This document shows, piece by piece, positions 54,762 through 64,000 of a DNA stretch of 64,000 bases. A program made the translations under genes and the position numbers. The notes under the pieces were generated by a model. That model saw only the letters and a list, made by a program, of their open reading frames with translations, was not told the origin of the DNA and did no database searches. Within the stretch, counting starts at the first letter, position 1, and each line of letters opens with the position of its first letter. The stretch is from Kiritimatiellia bacterium (GTDB taxonomy: Bacteria; Verrucomicrobiota; Kiritimatiellia; CAIQIC01; Lenti-01), in NCBI GenBank assembly GCA_040768005.1, contig JAXGNL010000003.1:4249-68248 (forward strand), given 5' to 3'.

Positions 54762-55486
54762 AACGCAAGATCGTATCCATCGACGAAACCCTCTGCAACG
54801 GCTGCGGCTTGTGCGTCAGCGCCTGCCACGAAGGCGCCATCCAGATGGTGGACGGCAAAGCGCGGCTCGTTTCCGATTCCTACTGCGACGGCCTCGGCGA
54901 CTGCCTGCCCGCCTGCCCCACCGGCGCGATTCAAATCATTGAGCGGGATGCCGCCGACTACGACGAAGCCGCCGTCGCGGCGCGCATGGCTGAGGCCAAA
55001 CGCCCGGCCCCCGCTTCGGACCTCCCCCTATTTGCCGGCTGCCCTGGCATGATGGCCAAGTCCATGGCTCCCAGGCCCGCGACCGTCCCGCCCTCGGATG
55101 CTTCCTCCACCGCTCCTGTCACGCAACTGACCAACTGGCCCGTCCAGATCAAGCTGCTGAACGTCCGCGCCCCCTACCTCCAAAACGCCGCGCTGCTGAT
55201 TGCCGCCGACTGTACGGCCTTCGCCTTCGCCGACATCCACCGCCGTTTCATGCGCAACAAGGTCACGCTGATCGGCTGCCCCAAGCTCGACGAAGGCGAT
55301 TACGCCGAAAAGCTGACGGAGGTGCTCCGCCTCAACGACATCAAAAGCGTGACTGTCCTGCGCATGGAAGTGCCCTGCTGCGGCGGCCTGTCCTCCGCCG
55401 TCCAGCGCGCTCTCCAGGCCAGCGGCAAAATGATCCCCTGGCAGGTTGTCACGATTTCCACCGATGGAGCGATTTTGGAAGAGTAA
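54758..55486 (+). CDS. 2x[4Fe-4S] ferredoxin-domain protein (hcp-associated)
   Basis: CNGCGLCVSACHEGAI and CDGLGDCLPACPTGAI. ATGA overlap with rrf2. Confidence 0.8.
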   Translation: MKRKIVSIDETLCNGCGLCVSACHEGAIQMVDGKARLVSDSYCDGLGDCLPACPTGAIQIIERDAADYDEAAVAARMAEAKRPAPASDLPLFAGCPGMMAKSMAPRPATVPPSDASSTAPVTQLTNWPVQIKLLNVRAPYLQNAALLIAADCTAFAFADIHRRFMRNKVTLIGCPKLDEGDYAEKLTEVLRLNDIKSVTVLRMEVPCCGGLSSAVQRALQASGKMIPWQVVTISTDGAILEE

Positions 55487-55605
55487 ACAGTAGTCAGAAT
55501 TCAGAATGAATCCAATCCAACCGGGGTTCATTTTCTGCCTCCATTCTGAATCCTGAATTCTGGATTCAATTTATAAAAATACAACCACACGAAAAGGATC
55601 CCCCC

Positions 55606-57162
55606 ATGACCGACATGTTCTGTTTCCAGTGCGAGCAAACCGCCGGCGGCAAAGGCTGCACCAAGACCGGCGCCTGCGGCAAATCCCCCGAGGTCTCGAA
55701 CCTCCAGGACGAAATCACCGCGGCCCTGATCACCCTGGCCCGCGCCGTGGACGGCCAGCCCGCCAATCCGAAGGTTGAGGCGCTGTTCATGGATGCGCTG
55801 TTCATGTGCATCACCAACGTCAACTTCGATCCCAAGGACAACGCGGCGATGCGCGACCGGATCCTGCAGGCGGCCGTCGCCGCCGGCGGCGCCAACACCT
55901 ACCGCCCCGAAGACCTCTTCCACGGCGATCCGGACGTGGTTTCCCTGCGCTCCACCCTGCTGTTCGGCCTGCGCGGCATGGCCGCCTACGCCGCCCACGC
56001 GCGCGTCCTCGGCAAGACCGATCCCAAGGTCTCCGCCTGGTTCCAGAAGGGCATGAAGGCCCTGGGCGACGACCATTCCGTCGAGGAATGGCTCGGGCTC
56101 ATCATGGAATTCGGCCAGGTCAATCTCGACTGCATGGCGCTGCTCGACGCCGCCAACACCGGCGCGTACGGACACCCCGAACCCACCCGCGTGTCCGTCA
56201 CCCGCCACAAGGGCCCGTTCATCATCGTGACCGGCCACGACCTGCTCGACCTGAAGATGCTGCTGGAGCAGTCCGAGGGCAAGGGTGTGAACATCTACAC
56301 CCACGGCGAAATGCTGCCCGCCCTCGCCTATCCCGGCTTGAAGAAATACAAGCACCTCCGCGGCCACTTCGGCACCGCCTGGCAGAACCAGCAGAAGGAA
56401 TTCGCCGACCTGCCCGGTGTCGTGCTGTTCACCACCAACTGCATCATGCCGCCGCGCCCCAGCTACATCCAGCACCTTGCCACCACGGCCGAGGTCGGCT
56501 GGCCCGGCGTCCGGCACATCGCCGCCGATGAACAGGGCCGCAAGGACTTCTCCGCCGTCATCCAACAGGCCATCGACCTCGGCGGATGGACCGAAGAAAT
56601 CCCCGGCGCCTACGAGCTGATGACCGGCTTCGCCCACAACGCCGTGATGTCCGTCGCCGACAAGGTCGTCGACGCCGTGAAATCCGGTGCCGTGAAGCAC
56701 ATCTACCTCGTCGGCGGCTGCGACGGCGCCAAGCTCGGCCGCGACTACTACACGCAGTTCGTCGAAAAGACCCCCAAGAACACCCTGGTGCTGACGCTCG
56801 CCTGCGGCAAGTTCCGCTTCAACCACCTGCAGGATCAGTTGGGCGACATCGGCGGCATCCCCCGCCTGCTCGACATGGGCCAGTGCAACGACGCCTATTC
56901 CGCCATCCAGGTCGCCCTCGCCCTGTCCAAGGTGTTCAACTGCGGCGTCAACGACCTGCCCCTCTCGCTGGTGCTCTCCTGGTACGAGCAAAAGGCCGTC
57001 TGCATCCTGCTGACGCTCCTTTCCCTCGGCATCAAGAACATCCGCATCGGGCCCAGCCTTCCGGCGTTCGTCTCGCCGACGGTCCTCAACGTCCTCGTCG
57101 AAAAATTCGGGCTCACTCCGATCTCGACCCCCGACGAAGACCTCAAGGCCCTCGCCGGCTGA
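55606..57162 (+). CDS. hcp: hybrid cluster protein / hydroxylamine reductase
   Basis: The MTDMFCFQCEQTAGGKGCTKTGACGK N-terminal Cys cluster is diagnostic; 518 aa. Confidence 0.9.
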   Translation: MTDMFCFQCEQTAGGKGCTKTGACGKSPEVSNLQDEITAALITLARAVDGQPANPKVEALFMDALFMCITNVNFDPKDNAAMRDRILQAAVAAGGANTYRPEDLFHGDPDVVSLRSTLLFGLRGMAAYAAHARVLGKTDPKVSAWFQKGMKALGDDHSVEEWLGLIMEFGQVNLDCMALLDAANTGAYGHPEPTRVSVTRHKGPFIIVTGHDLLDLKMLLEQSEGKGVNIYTHGEMLPALAYPGLKKYKHLRGHFGTAWQNQQKEFADLPGVVLFTTNCIMPPRPSYIQHLATTAEVGWPGVRHIAADEQGRKDFSAVIQQAIDLGGWTEEIPGAYELMTGFAHNAVMSVADKVVDAVKSGAVKHIYLVGGCDGAKLGRDYYTQFVEKTPKNTLVLTLACGKFRFNHLQDQLGDIGGIPRLLDMGQCNDAYSAIQVALALSKVFNCGVNDLPLSLVLSWYEQKAVCILLTLLSLGIKNIRIGPSLPAFVSPTVLNVLVEKFGLTPISTPDEDLKALAG

Positions 57163-57172
57163 TTCCAATTAG

Positions 57173-57216
57173 TTCAGTTATGGCAATAAGTGATGTCACT
57201 TATTGCCATAACTGAA
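57173..57216. terminator. perfect 21-bp-arm hairpin downstream of hcp (no U-tract)
   Basis: TTCAGTTATGGCAATAAGTGA-tg-TCACTTATTGCCATAACTGAA, 11 nt after the hcp stop. Confidence 0.45.
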
Positions 57217-57290
57217 GTGGCGCGTCCCCGCCCCGGAAAGCGCGGCGTTTCTTCTTGGCGTCTCCGCCTGGAAACCCCTATGGTCTCCCC

Positions 57291-57929
57291 GTGAAGAAAT
57301 GGATTCCCCTGGTTTTGCTGGCGCTGGCTCAAACCGGCCATGCTTTTTATGAAACCCTGTCGTTGGCGGACGGCACCTCCCTCACCAATGTCTTTGTGAC
57401 CCGCGTGGAACCCGACGGCCTCTCCTACATGCATGACCAGGGCGTCACCAAGGTGTTTTTTCACGAACTGTCGGAAGAGATCCGCCAACGCTACCATTAT
57501 GATCCGGTCCTGGCCGTCACCTACTGGTACTACACGCAGCAGGCCCAGCAGGATTGGGAACAGCGCCAGATGGAAGCCGCCCGGCTGGAGGCGGAGGAAC
57601 ACCAGAAGCGTCTCGATGAAATCAAACTCAAGGAAGACGCCCTGAAATCCGGCAGCACCGCCCGAACCCGGAATCTCAGGCTCATCCACATGCTCGAGGA
57701 CGGCAGCTGGCTCTGCCGGCCGTTTCAATACGAGAAAGGCGGGTTCACCACCGGACGCGCCCAGTATCACAAGGTGTTCGAGGAAATTCAGATCATTGTC
57801 GAGGGTCTCCCCGACAACATGGCCGACCAGGATGAATGGCGCGGACGGATCTATGAAGTCGGCATCCACCAGATCAAATCCGAATCCAGCACCATCCGGA
57901 CCTTTAGGAAATACCGGGTCATTCCCTGA
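57291..57929 (+). CDS. hypothetical secreted protein
   Basis: ORF 57255..57929 (TTG) trimmed to GTG 57291: VKKWIPLVLLALAQTGHA (signal peptide). Central coiled-coil-like QQAQQDWEQRQMEAARLEAEEHQKRLDE. Confidence 0.5.
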   Translation: MKKWIPLVLLALAQTGHAFYETLSLADGTSLTNVFVTRVEPDGLSYMHDQGVTKVFFHELSEEIRQRYHYDPVLAVTYWYYTQQAQQDWEQRQMEAARLEAEEHQKRLDEIKLKEDALKSGSTARTRNLRLIHMLEDGSWLCRPFQYEKGGFTTGRAQYHKVFEEIQIIVEGLPDNMADQDEWRGRIYEVGIHQIKSESSTIRTFRKYRVIP

Positions 57930-58166
57930 CCATCCGCCGGTGCCGGGCGGGAAAAGGCCGAATCCGCCCCCCAAAAACGATCCCGGTTTCCATTTTTCCT
58001 CTTGCAGGCACGGGGCAGGACACGTAACGTGGCACGGGTCCGGGGCGACATGCCGAAGCGATTTCCCGCCATCTTCGTTGGATGGGGTACTTCTCTTCTT
58101 CCTCCTCCGGGCCGCCGCGGGACCACCGATCCCCGCCCGCGCGTACCATAGAAAGGAAATGGATCC

Positions 58167-59969
58167 ATGAAGACAAAAAATCAGAAGCTGCTGAACTGGG
58201 TCGATGAAATTGCCAGGTTGTGCAAACCCGACGCCATCCACTGGTGCGACGGTTCCCGGGCCGAATACGATTCTCTGTCCAAGGCCATGGTCGAAGCCGG
58301 TGCCGCCACCCCCCTGGAGAAACGCCCCAACAGCTTACTGTTCCGCAGCGACCCCAGCGACGTCGCGCGGGTCGAGGACCGCACGTACATCGCCTCGAAG
58401 ACCCAGTCCGAAGCCGGCCCGACCAACAACTGGATCGACCCCGTCGAACTGAAGAAGACCATGGCCGGTCTGTACGACGGCTGCATGAAGGGCCGCACCC
58501 TGTATGTGATTCCGTTCAGCATGGGCCCTGTCGGTTCCCCCATCGCAAAAATCGGCGTGGAAATCACCGATTCTCCCTACGTCGTGCTGAACATGCACAT
58601 CATGACACGCGTCGGTGACAAGGTGATCGAGACCCTGGGGGAAGACGGCGAGTTCATCCCCTGCCTGCACTCCGTCGGCGCGCCCCTGGAGCCCGGACAG
58701 ACAGACGTGCCCTGGCCCTGCGCCCCGATGGAGAAAAAATACATCGCCCACTTCCCGGAAGAAAACCTGATCTGGTCCTACGGATCCGGCTACGGCGGCA
58801 ATGCCCTGCTCGGCAAAAAGTGCCTGGCCCTGCGCATCGCCTCCAACATGGCCCGCCACGAGGGCTGGATGGCCGAGCACATGCTCATCCTGCGCCTGAC
58901 CAATCCGGAAGGGAAGCGCTTCCATATCGCCGCCGCCTTCCCGAGCGCCTGCGGCAAGACCAACCTCGCCATGCTCCAGCCCACTCTCCCCGGCTGGAAG
59001 TGCGAATGCGTCGGCGATGACATCGCCTGGATGAAAATCCGGCCGGACGGCCGCCTCCACGCCATCAACCCCGAAGCCGGTTTCTTCGGCGTCGCCCCCA
59101 ACACCAGCTACGAAACCAACCCCATGGCCATGGACTCCATCCGGGAAAATTCCATCTTTACCAACTGCGTCCTGACCGATGACGGCGACGTCTGGTGGGA
59201 AGGCATGAATGTCGAGTGTCCGCACGGCATTGACTGGAAAGGCCGCGACTGGACCCCCGACACGAAGGATGCCGACGGCAAGCCGGTCAAAGGAGCCCAT
59301 CCCAACGCGCGCTTCACCGCTCCCGCGGCGCAGTGCCCGGTCATCTGCCCGGACTGGGAGGATCCCGACGGTGTGCCGATCGATATCTTCGTCTTCGGCG
59401 GCCGGCGCACCAGCCTGGTGCCGCTGGTCACCCAGGCGTTTGACTGGGATCACGGCGTCTACATGGGCGCCACAGCCGCGTCGGAAGCCACGGCGGCCGC
59501 GCTGGATGTCAAGAATGCCATTCGCCGCGATCCGATGGCCATGCTGCCGTTCTGCGGCTACCACATCGGCGACTATTGGCAGCACTGGTTCGACATGGGC
59601 GACAGGCTCGGCGAAAAAGCCCCGCAGATCTTCTATGTGAACTGGTTCCGAAAGTCCCCGGATGGCCAGTGGCTGTGGCCGGGATTCGGCGAGAATTCCC
59701 GCGTCCTGAAGTGGATGTGCGAGCGCCTTGAAGGCAAGGCCGACGGCGTCGAAACGCCGGTCGGCATCGTGCCGAAGGCCGGCGAGCTGGATGTCAGCGG
59801 CCTGGAAATCAGCAACGCCGAAATCGCCGAACTGCTTCGCATCGACGAAGAGGGCTGGAAGAGCGAAGTGCCCGAGATCGAGGAATTTCTGAACAAGGCG
59901 GGCGACCGCCTGCCGGCCCGCATGAAGAACCAGCTCGCCGAACTCAAGAAACGCGTCGGCCTCGGATAA
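58167..59969 (+). CDS. pckG: phosphoenolpyruvate carboxykinase (GTP)
   Basis: 600 aa. [13 protein letters not shown] kinase motif and GTP-PEPCK-like sequence throughout. Confidence 0.9.
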   Translation: MKTKNQKLLNWVDEIARLCKPDAIHWCDGSRAEYDSLSKAMVEAGAATPLEKRPNSLLFRSDPSDVARVEDRTYIASKTQSEAGPTNNWIDPVELKKTMAGLYDGCMKGRTLYVIPFSMGPVGSPIAKIGVEITDSPYVVLNMHIMTRVGDKVIETLGEDGEFIPCLHSVGAPLEPGQTDVPWPCAPMEKKYIAHFPEENLIWSYGSGYGGNALLGKKCLALRIASNMARHEGWMAEHMLILRLTNPEGKRFHIAAAFPSACGKTNLAMLQPTLPGWKCECVGDDIAWMKIRPDGRLHAINPEAGFFGVAPNTSYETNPMAMDSIRENSIFTNCVLTDDGDVWWEGMNVECPHGIDWKGRDWTPDTKDADGKPVKGAHPNARFTAPAAQCPVICPDWEDPDGVPIDIFVFGGRRTSLVPLVTQAFDWDHGVYMGATAASEATAAALDVKNAIRRDPMAMLPFCGYHIGDYWQHWFDMGDRLGEKAPQIFYVNWFRKSPDGQWLWPGFGENSRVLKWMCERLEGKADGVETPVGIVPKAGELDVSGLEISNAEIAELLRIDEEGWKSEVPEIEEFLNKAGDRLPARMKNQLAELKKRVGLG

Positions 59970-59999
59970 TCGCCGCCCCCGCGAATCGGTAAAGCGCAC

Positions 60000-60035
60000 G
60001 AATCCGCCGTCCTTCGTGGACGGCGGATTCTTTTT
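60000..60035 (+). terminator. intrinsic terminator of pckG
   Basis: GAATCCGCCGTCC-ttcgt-GGACGGCGGATTC followed by TTTTT. Confidence 0.8.
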
Positions 60036-60080
60036 GCGGTACGCTTGATTCATGTTGTGTCCCCAACCTGCTGACCACGG

Positions 60081-60326
60081 ATGAAAAAGAATCTCTCCAT
60101 CCGATATTTCGCCCTGGTGGGCCCTTCCCGCGGCACCCGGACCGACCGCTATGAGACCGAGGCGGAAACCGCGCGTCAGCTCCTTCATGAAATCCAGGCC
60201 AACCGGAAAATCCCCCTGTCCACCCACATCGTCAAAGCCGCCATCAACAATGAATTCGTCGAATGGGACGCCCCCATCCGCGACGGCGATCAGATCACCC
60301 TCCTGCCCCCCTTCTCCGGCGGCTGA
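60081..60326 (+). CDS. moaD: MoaD/ThiS-family sulfur-carrier protein
   Basis: 81 aa ending ...DGDQITLLPPFSGG (C-terminal Gly-Gly). Confidence 0.75.
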   Translation: MKKNLSIRYFALVGPSRGTRTDRYETEAETARQLLHEIQANRKIPLSTHIVKAAINNEFVEWDAPIRDGDQITLLPPFSGG

Positions 60327-60520
60327 CCGCCGGCTTCCTCCCACCCCCGCCTCGTCCCGTTTCCCCAGTCCCCCACAACCTCGTGTCGTGTGTCGGCCTC
60401 CCCCCAGACCCCTACGGCCTTGCGCCGTGGGTGAATCAGGTCCCCTCCCCCCATCTTTCCGGCATTCCAACATTCCACATTCTAATCCCCCACTCTCTTT
60501 CCCTCCCGCCCCTCCAGAAC

Positions 60521-60559
60521 AAAAACCGGCCCGCCCCCCTTTCCGAGGGACGGGCCGTT
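60521..60559 (-). terminator. intrinsic terminator of leuA
   Basis: Minus strand: CGGCCCGTCCC-tcggaaa-GGGGGGCGGGCCG followed by GTTTTT, about 20 nt after the leuA stop. Confidence 0.7.
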
Positions 60560-60581
60560 ATAGACGCACCGCGGCAGGCGG

Positions 60582-62120
<1,539 letters not shown>

Positions 62121-62164
62121 TTCCCTGGTTTCCTGTCGTCTGGGTTGTTTTCTGCCGGCGGGCC

Positions 62165-62198
62165 GCAAAAAACCCGCCACGATTTCTCTGTGGCGGGC
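62165..62198 (-). terminator. attenuator-type intrinsic terminator in the leuA leader
   Basis: Minus strand: GCCCGCCAC-agagaaatc-GTGGCGGGT followed by TTTTTTG, ending about 45 nt upstream of the leuA ATG. Confidence 0.6.
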
Positions 62199-62226
62199 TT
62201 TCCGGGGAGTCAACGGCTCCGGGGAC

Positions 62227-62316
62227 TCATCCAGCGCAACACCCGTCGCCCGCCGTGGCACGGGTGTCGCCGCGCAACGCCAGAAGGTTCAGGGCCTGGA
62301 TGATCATATGTGTCAT
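62227..62316 (-). CDS. putative Leu-rich leader peptide (29 aa)
   Basis: Own translation: MTHMIIQALNLLALRGDTRATAGDGCCAG*. Four Leu codons within six positions. The stop lies about 28 nt before the terminator stem. Confidence 0.4.
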   Translation of the reverse strand: MTHMIIQALNLLALRGDTRATAGDGCCAG

Positions 62317-62326
62317 GACGCCGGGG

Positions 62327-62355
62327 AATAAACCATGCCATGTCCCGGCTGTCAA
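62327..62355 (-). promoter_or_regulatory. candidate sigma-70 promoter of the leu leader
   Basis: Minus strand: TTGACA (62355-62350), 17-nt spacer, TTTATT (62332-62327). The leader ATG lies only 10 nt downstream of the -10. Confidence 0.4.
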
Positions 62356-62412
62356 GCCGGCGGGAACACCAAATGATTGGTTGATGAAACAATCACACCG
62401 TGCCGCCGGGGA

Positions 62413-63327
62413 TCATTCCCGGACGTTCCGCAGGCGGGGATCCAAGGCGTCGCGCAGGGCATCGCCCAGCAGATTGAAGGCCAGCACCACGGCGAAGATC
62501 GAGACGGTCACCGCCGCCAGTTCCCACCACATGCCCTGCCACAGGCGCAGGCGCGCCGATGAAATCATCGTGCCCCAGCTCGGCTCCCCCTGCGCCCCGA
62601 TGCCCAGGAAGCTCAAAAACACCTCCGTGCCGATGGCCGCCGGAAACCGCAGGGTAAAGCTCACCAGCGCCACGTGGATCACGTTGGGCAGGATGTGGCG
62701 GAACAGAATCCGCCCGTGCGAGAAGCCCAGGGCCCGCGCCGCGCGGACATAGCCGCGCTCCTTCTGCTTGAGCACCTCCGCGCGGATCAGGCGGCACACC
62801 CCCACCCACGTCGTCAGGCCGATCGCCAGGAACACCCCCAGCAGCCCCTTGCCCACCACCATGGCGATGGCCAGCACAAACAGCAGCCCCGGAATGGCGG
62901 CAAAGGTGGTCGAAAGCCACACCACCGCATCGTCCGTCTTCCCGCCGAAATAACCGCCGAGGCTCCCCAGCAGGACCCCGATGGGAATGGCGATCAGTGA
63001 CGACACCACACCCGTCAGGAAAGCGATGCGCGCACCCTGCACCAGCCGCAGGAAGACATCGCGTCCCAGCCCGTCGGTGCCCAGCCAGTGATCCGCGCAC
63101 GGCGCCAGGTAGCGTACCGCCAGATCCTGCACCTGCCAGGGCGGCGTCACATCGCGCCAGGCATGCCACGCCTGGCTCGCCTGGCCCCAGAGCGCCGCCA
63201 GCGCAAACACCGCCAGTACCGCCAGGCACGCGCGGGACACCCGGCCGGCCCATACCCGCTGCCAGGCCTCCCGGAAAAACGACACCCCGCCCGCCAGCTC
63301 TTCCCGCCTGTCTGTTTCGCCGCTCAT
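62413..63327 (-). CDS. oligopeptide/dipeptide ABC transporter permease (OppC/DppC-like)
   Basis: ORF 62413..63888 trimmed to MSGETDRRE... HWLGTDGLGRDVF motif and an EAA-loop-like segment YVRAARALGFSHGRILFRHILPN. Confidence 0.8.
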   Translation of the reverse strand: MSGETDRREELAGGVSFFREAWQRVWAGRVSRACLAVLAVFALAALWGQASQAWHAWRDVTPPWQVQDLAVRYLAPCADHWLGTDGLGRDVFLRLVQGARIAFLTGVVSSLIAIPIGVLLGSLGGYFGGKTDDAVVWLSTTFAAIPGLLFVLAIAMVVGKGLLGVFLAIGLTTWVGVCRLIRAEVLKQKERGYVRAARALGFSHGRILFRHILPNVIHVALVSFTLRFPAAIGTEVFLSFLGIGAQGEPSWGTMISSARLRLWQGMWWELAAVTVSIFAVVLAFNLLGDALRDALDPRLRNVRE

Positions 63328-64000
63328 GACAGCTTGACCCTCGGGTCCACCCACGCCAGCGCGACATCCGCCAAAATGTTCGCCGCCGTGAACAGAAGCG
63401 CCCCCACCAGCACCACGGCACGCACCACGTCCACATCCGACGAATGAATCGCGTTCAAACTGAGATAGCCCAGCCCCGGAATGCCGAAAAAGCTCTCCAG
63501 CAGCACGCTGCCCGTATAGAGAAACGGCAGCGCCAGCGCCACGTTGGTGATCACCGGCCCCAGGGCATTCTTCAGCACGTGCTTGAACAGCACGCGGCCC
63601 GGCCCCAGCCCCTTGGCAAACGCCGTCTTCACGTAGTCCTTGTGCATCTCTTCGAGCAGGACCGTCCGGTAAAAACGCACATTGACGCCCAGCCCCGTCG
63701 CCACGCCGATCAGGACCGGCAGCAGCAGGTGGCGCCACGACTCGAAGCCCCACACCGGGAACCATCCCAGCTTGAAGGCAAAGACAAACTGGCCGATGAC
63801 AATCCACACCAGATAGTTCACGCTCATCAGCGCCACGCACACCGCCACCAGGCCGCGGTCCAGCCACGACCCGCGGCGGTACGCGCACAGCAGCGCCAGC
63901 GACAGACTGACCGCGAGTTCCACGATCAGGATCGGCACCGTCAGCGCCAGGCTCGGACCGATCCCCGCCCGGAGCAGATTACCCACCGGCTGGTTCAGAC
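63324..64000 (-). CDS. oligopeptide/dipeptide ABC transporter permease (OppB/DppB-like), 5' end off the window
   Basis: DYVKTAFAKGLGPGRVLFKHVLKNAL. The frame stays open upstream of the listed GTG to the window edge. ATGA overlap with the OppC-like gene. Confidence 0.8.
   Translation of the reverse strand, partial: LNQPVGNLLRAGIGPSLALTVPILIVELAVSLSLALLCAYRRGSWLDRGLVAVCVALMSVNYLVWIVIGQFVFAFKLGWFPVWGFESWRHLLLPVLIGVATGLGVNVRFYRTVLLEEMHKDYVKTAFAKGLGPGRVLFKHVLKNALGPVITNVALALPFLYTGSVLLESFFGIPGLGYLSLNAIHSSDVDVVRAVVLVGALLFTAANILADVALAWVDPRVKLS

Noticed and set aside
58030-58050. Sigma-54 promoter upstream of pckG (TGGCAC at 58030-58035).
   Set aside because: The -12 element is absent: TGGCAC-N5 is followed by CGGGG rather than TTGC.

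Overview
High-GC (by eye about two-thirds G+C, not computed), gene-dense chromosomal window with about 60 supported protein genes and no rRNA, tRNA or CRISPR that I could recognise. The gene content (exosortase/EpsI, giant CotH/lamin-tail surface protein, Lys/Ala-rich histone-H1-like protein) suggests a PVC-type bacterium such as Kiritimatiellota, Verrucomicrobiota or Lentisphaerota; this is low-confidence inference. Most genes are housekeeping: rfbA/rfbC, deoxyhypusine-synthase-like, UDP-glucuronate decarboxylase, yicC-gmk-coaC-coaB, proS, icd, dnaE, fmt, a sigma-70 factor, nrdR, sod, GTP-PEPCK, moaD, leuA and opp-type permeases. Small functional islands include a CsoR-HMA-OMP metal operon and an Rrf2-ferredoxin-Hcp operon divergent from a CoADR-rhodanese-TusA-DsrE fusion. 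Others are an ArsR-like regulator with two methyltransferases, and a co-directional patatin/ABC cluster with a 620-aa unknown protein. I found no cas, restriction-modification, toxin-antitoxin, integrase or phage genes, and no convincing new multi-gene system. The most unusual content is non-coding. (i) Sixteen copies of a 19-bp hairpin palindrome are arranged in 5 intergenic arrays (REP/BIME-like). (ii) A ~195-bp element with 20-nt terminal inverted repeats occurs in 3 full copies plus 1 truncated copy. (iii) A ~150-190-bp multi-hairpin element occurs twice, each time starting exactly on the stop codon of the upstream gene. (iv) A 26-bp palindrome brackets the methyltransferase pair. (v) There is a decayed IS200-like Y1-transposase element. 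(vi) A Leu-rich leader peptide with a terminator lies upstream of leuA. CDS coordinates follow the ORF track, with starts trimmed where the N-terminus was obviously over-extended. Hand-counted coordinates of non-coding features were anchored to nearby ORF-track codons but may be off by 1-2 nt. All homology statements come from motif recognition and memory, not from searches.
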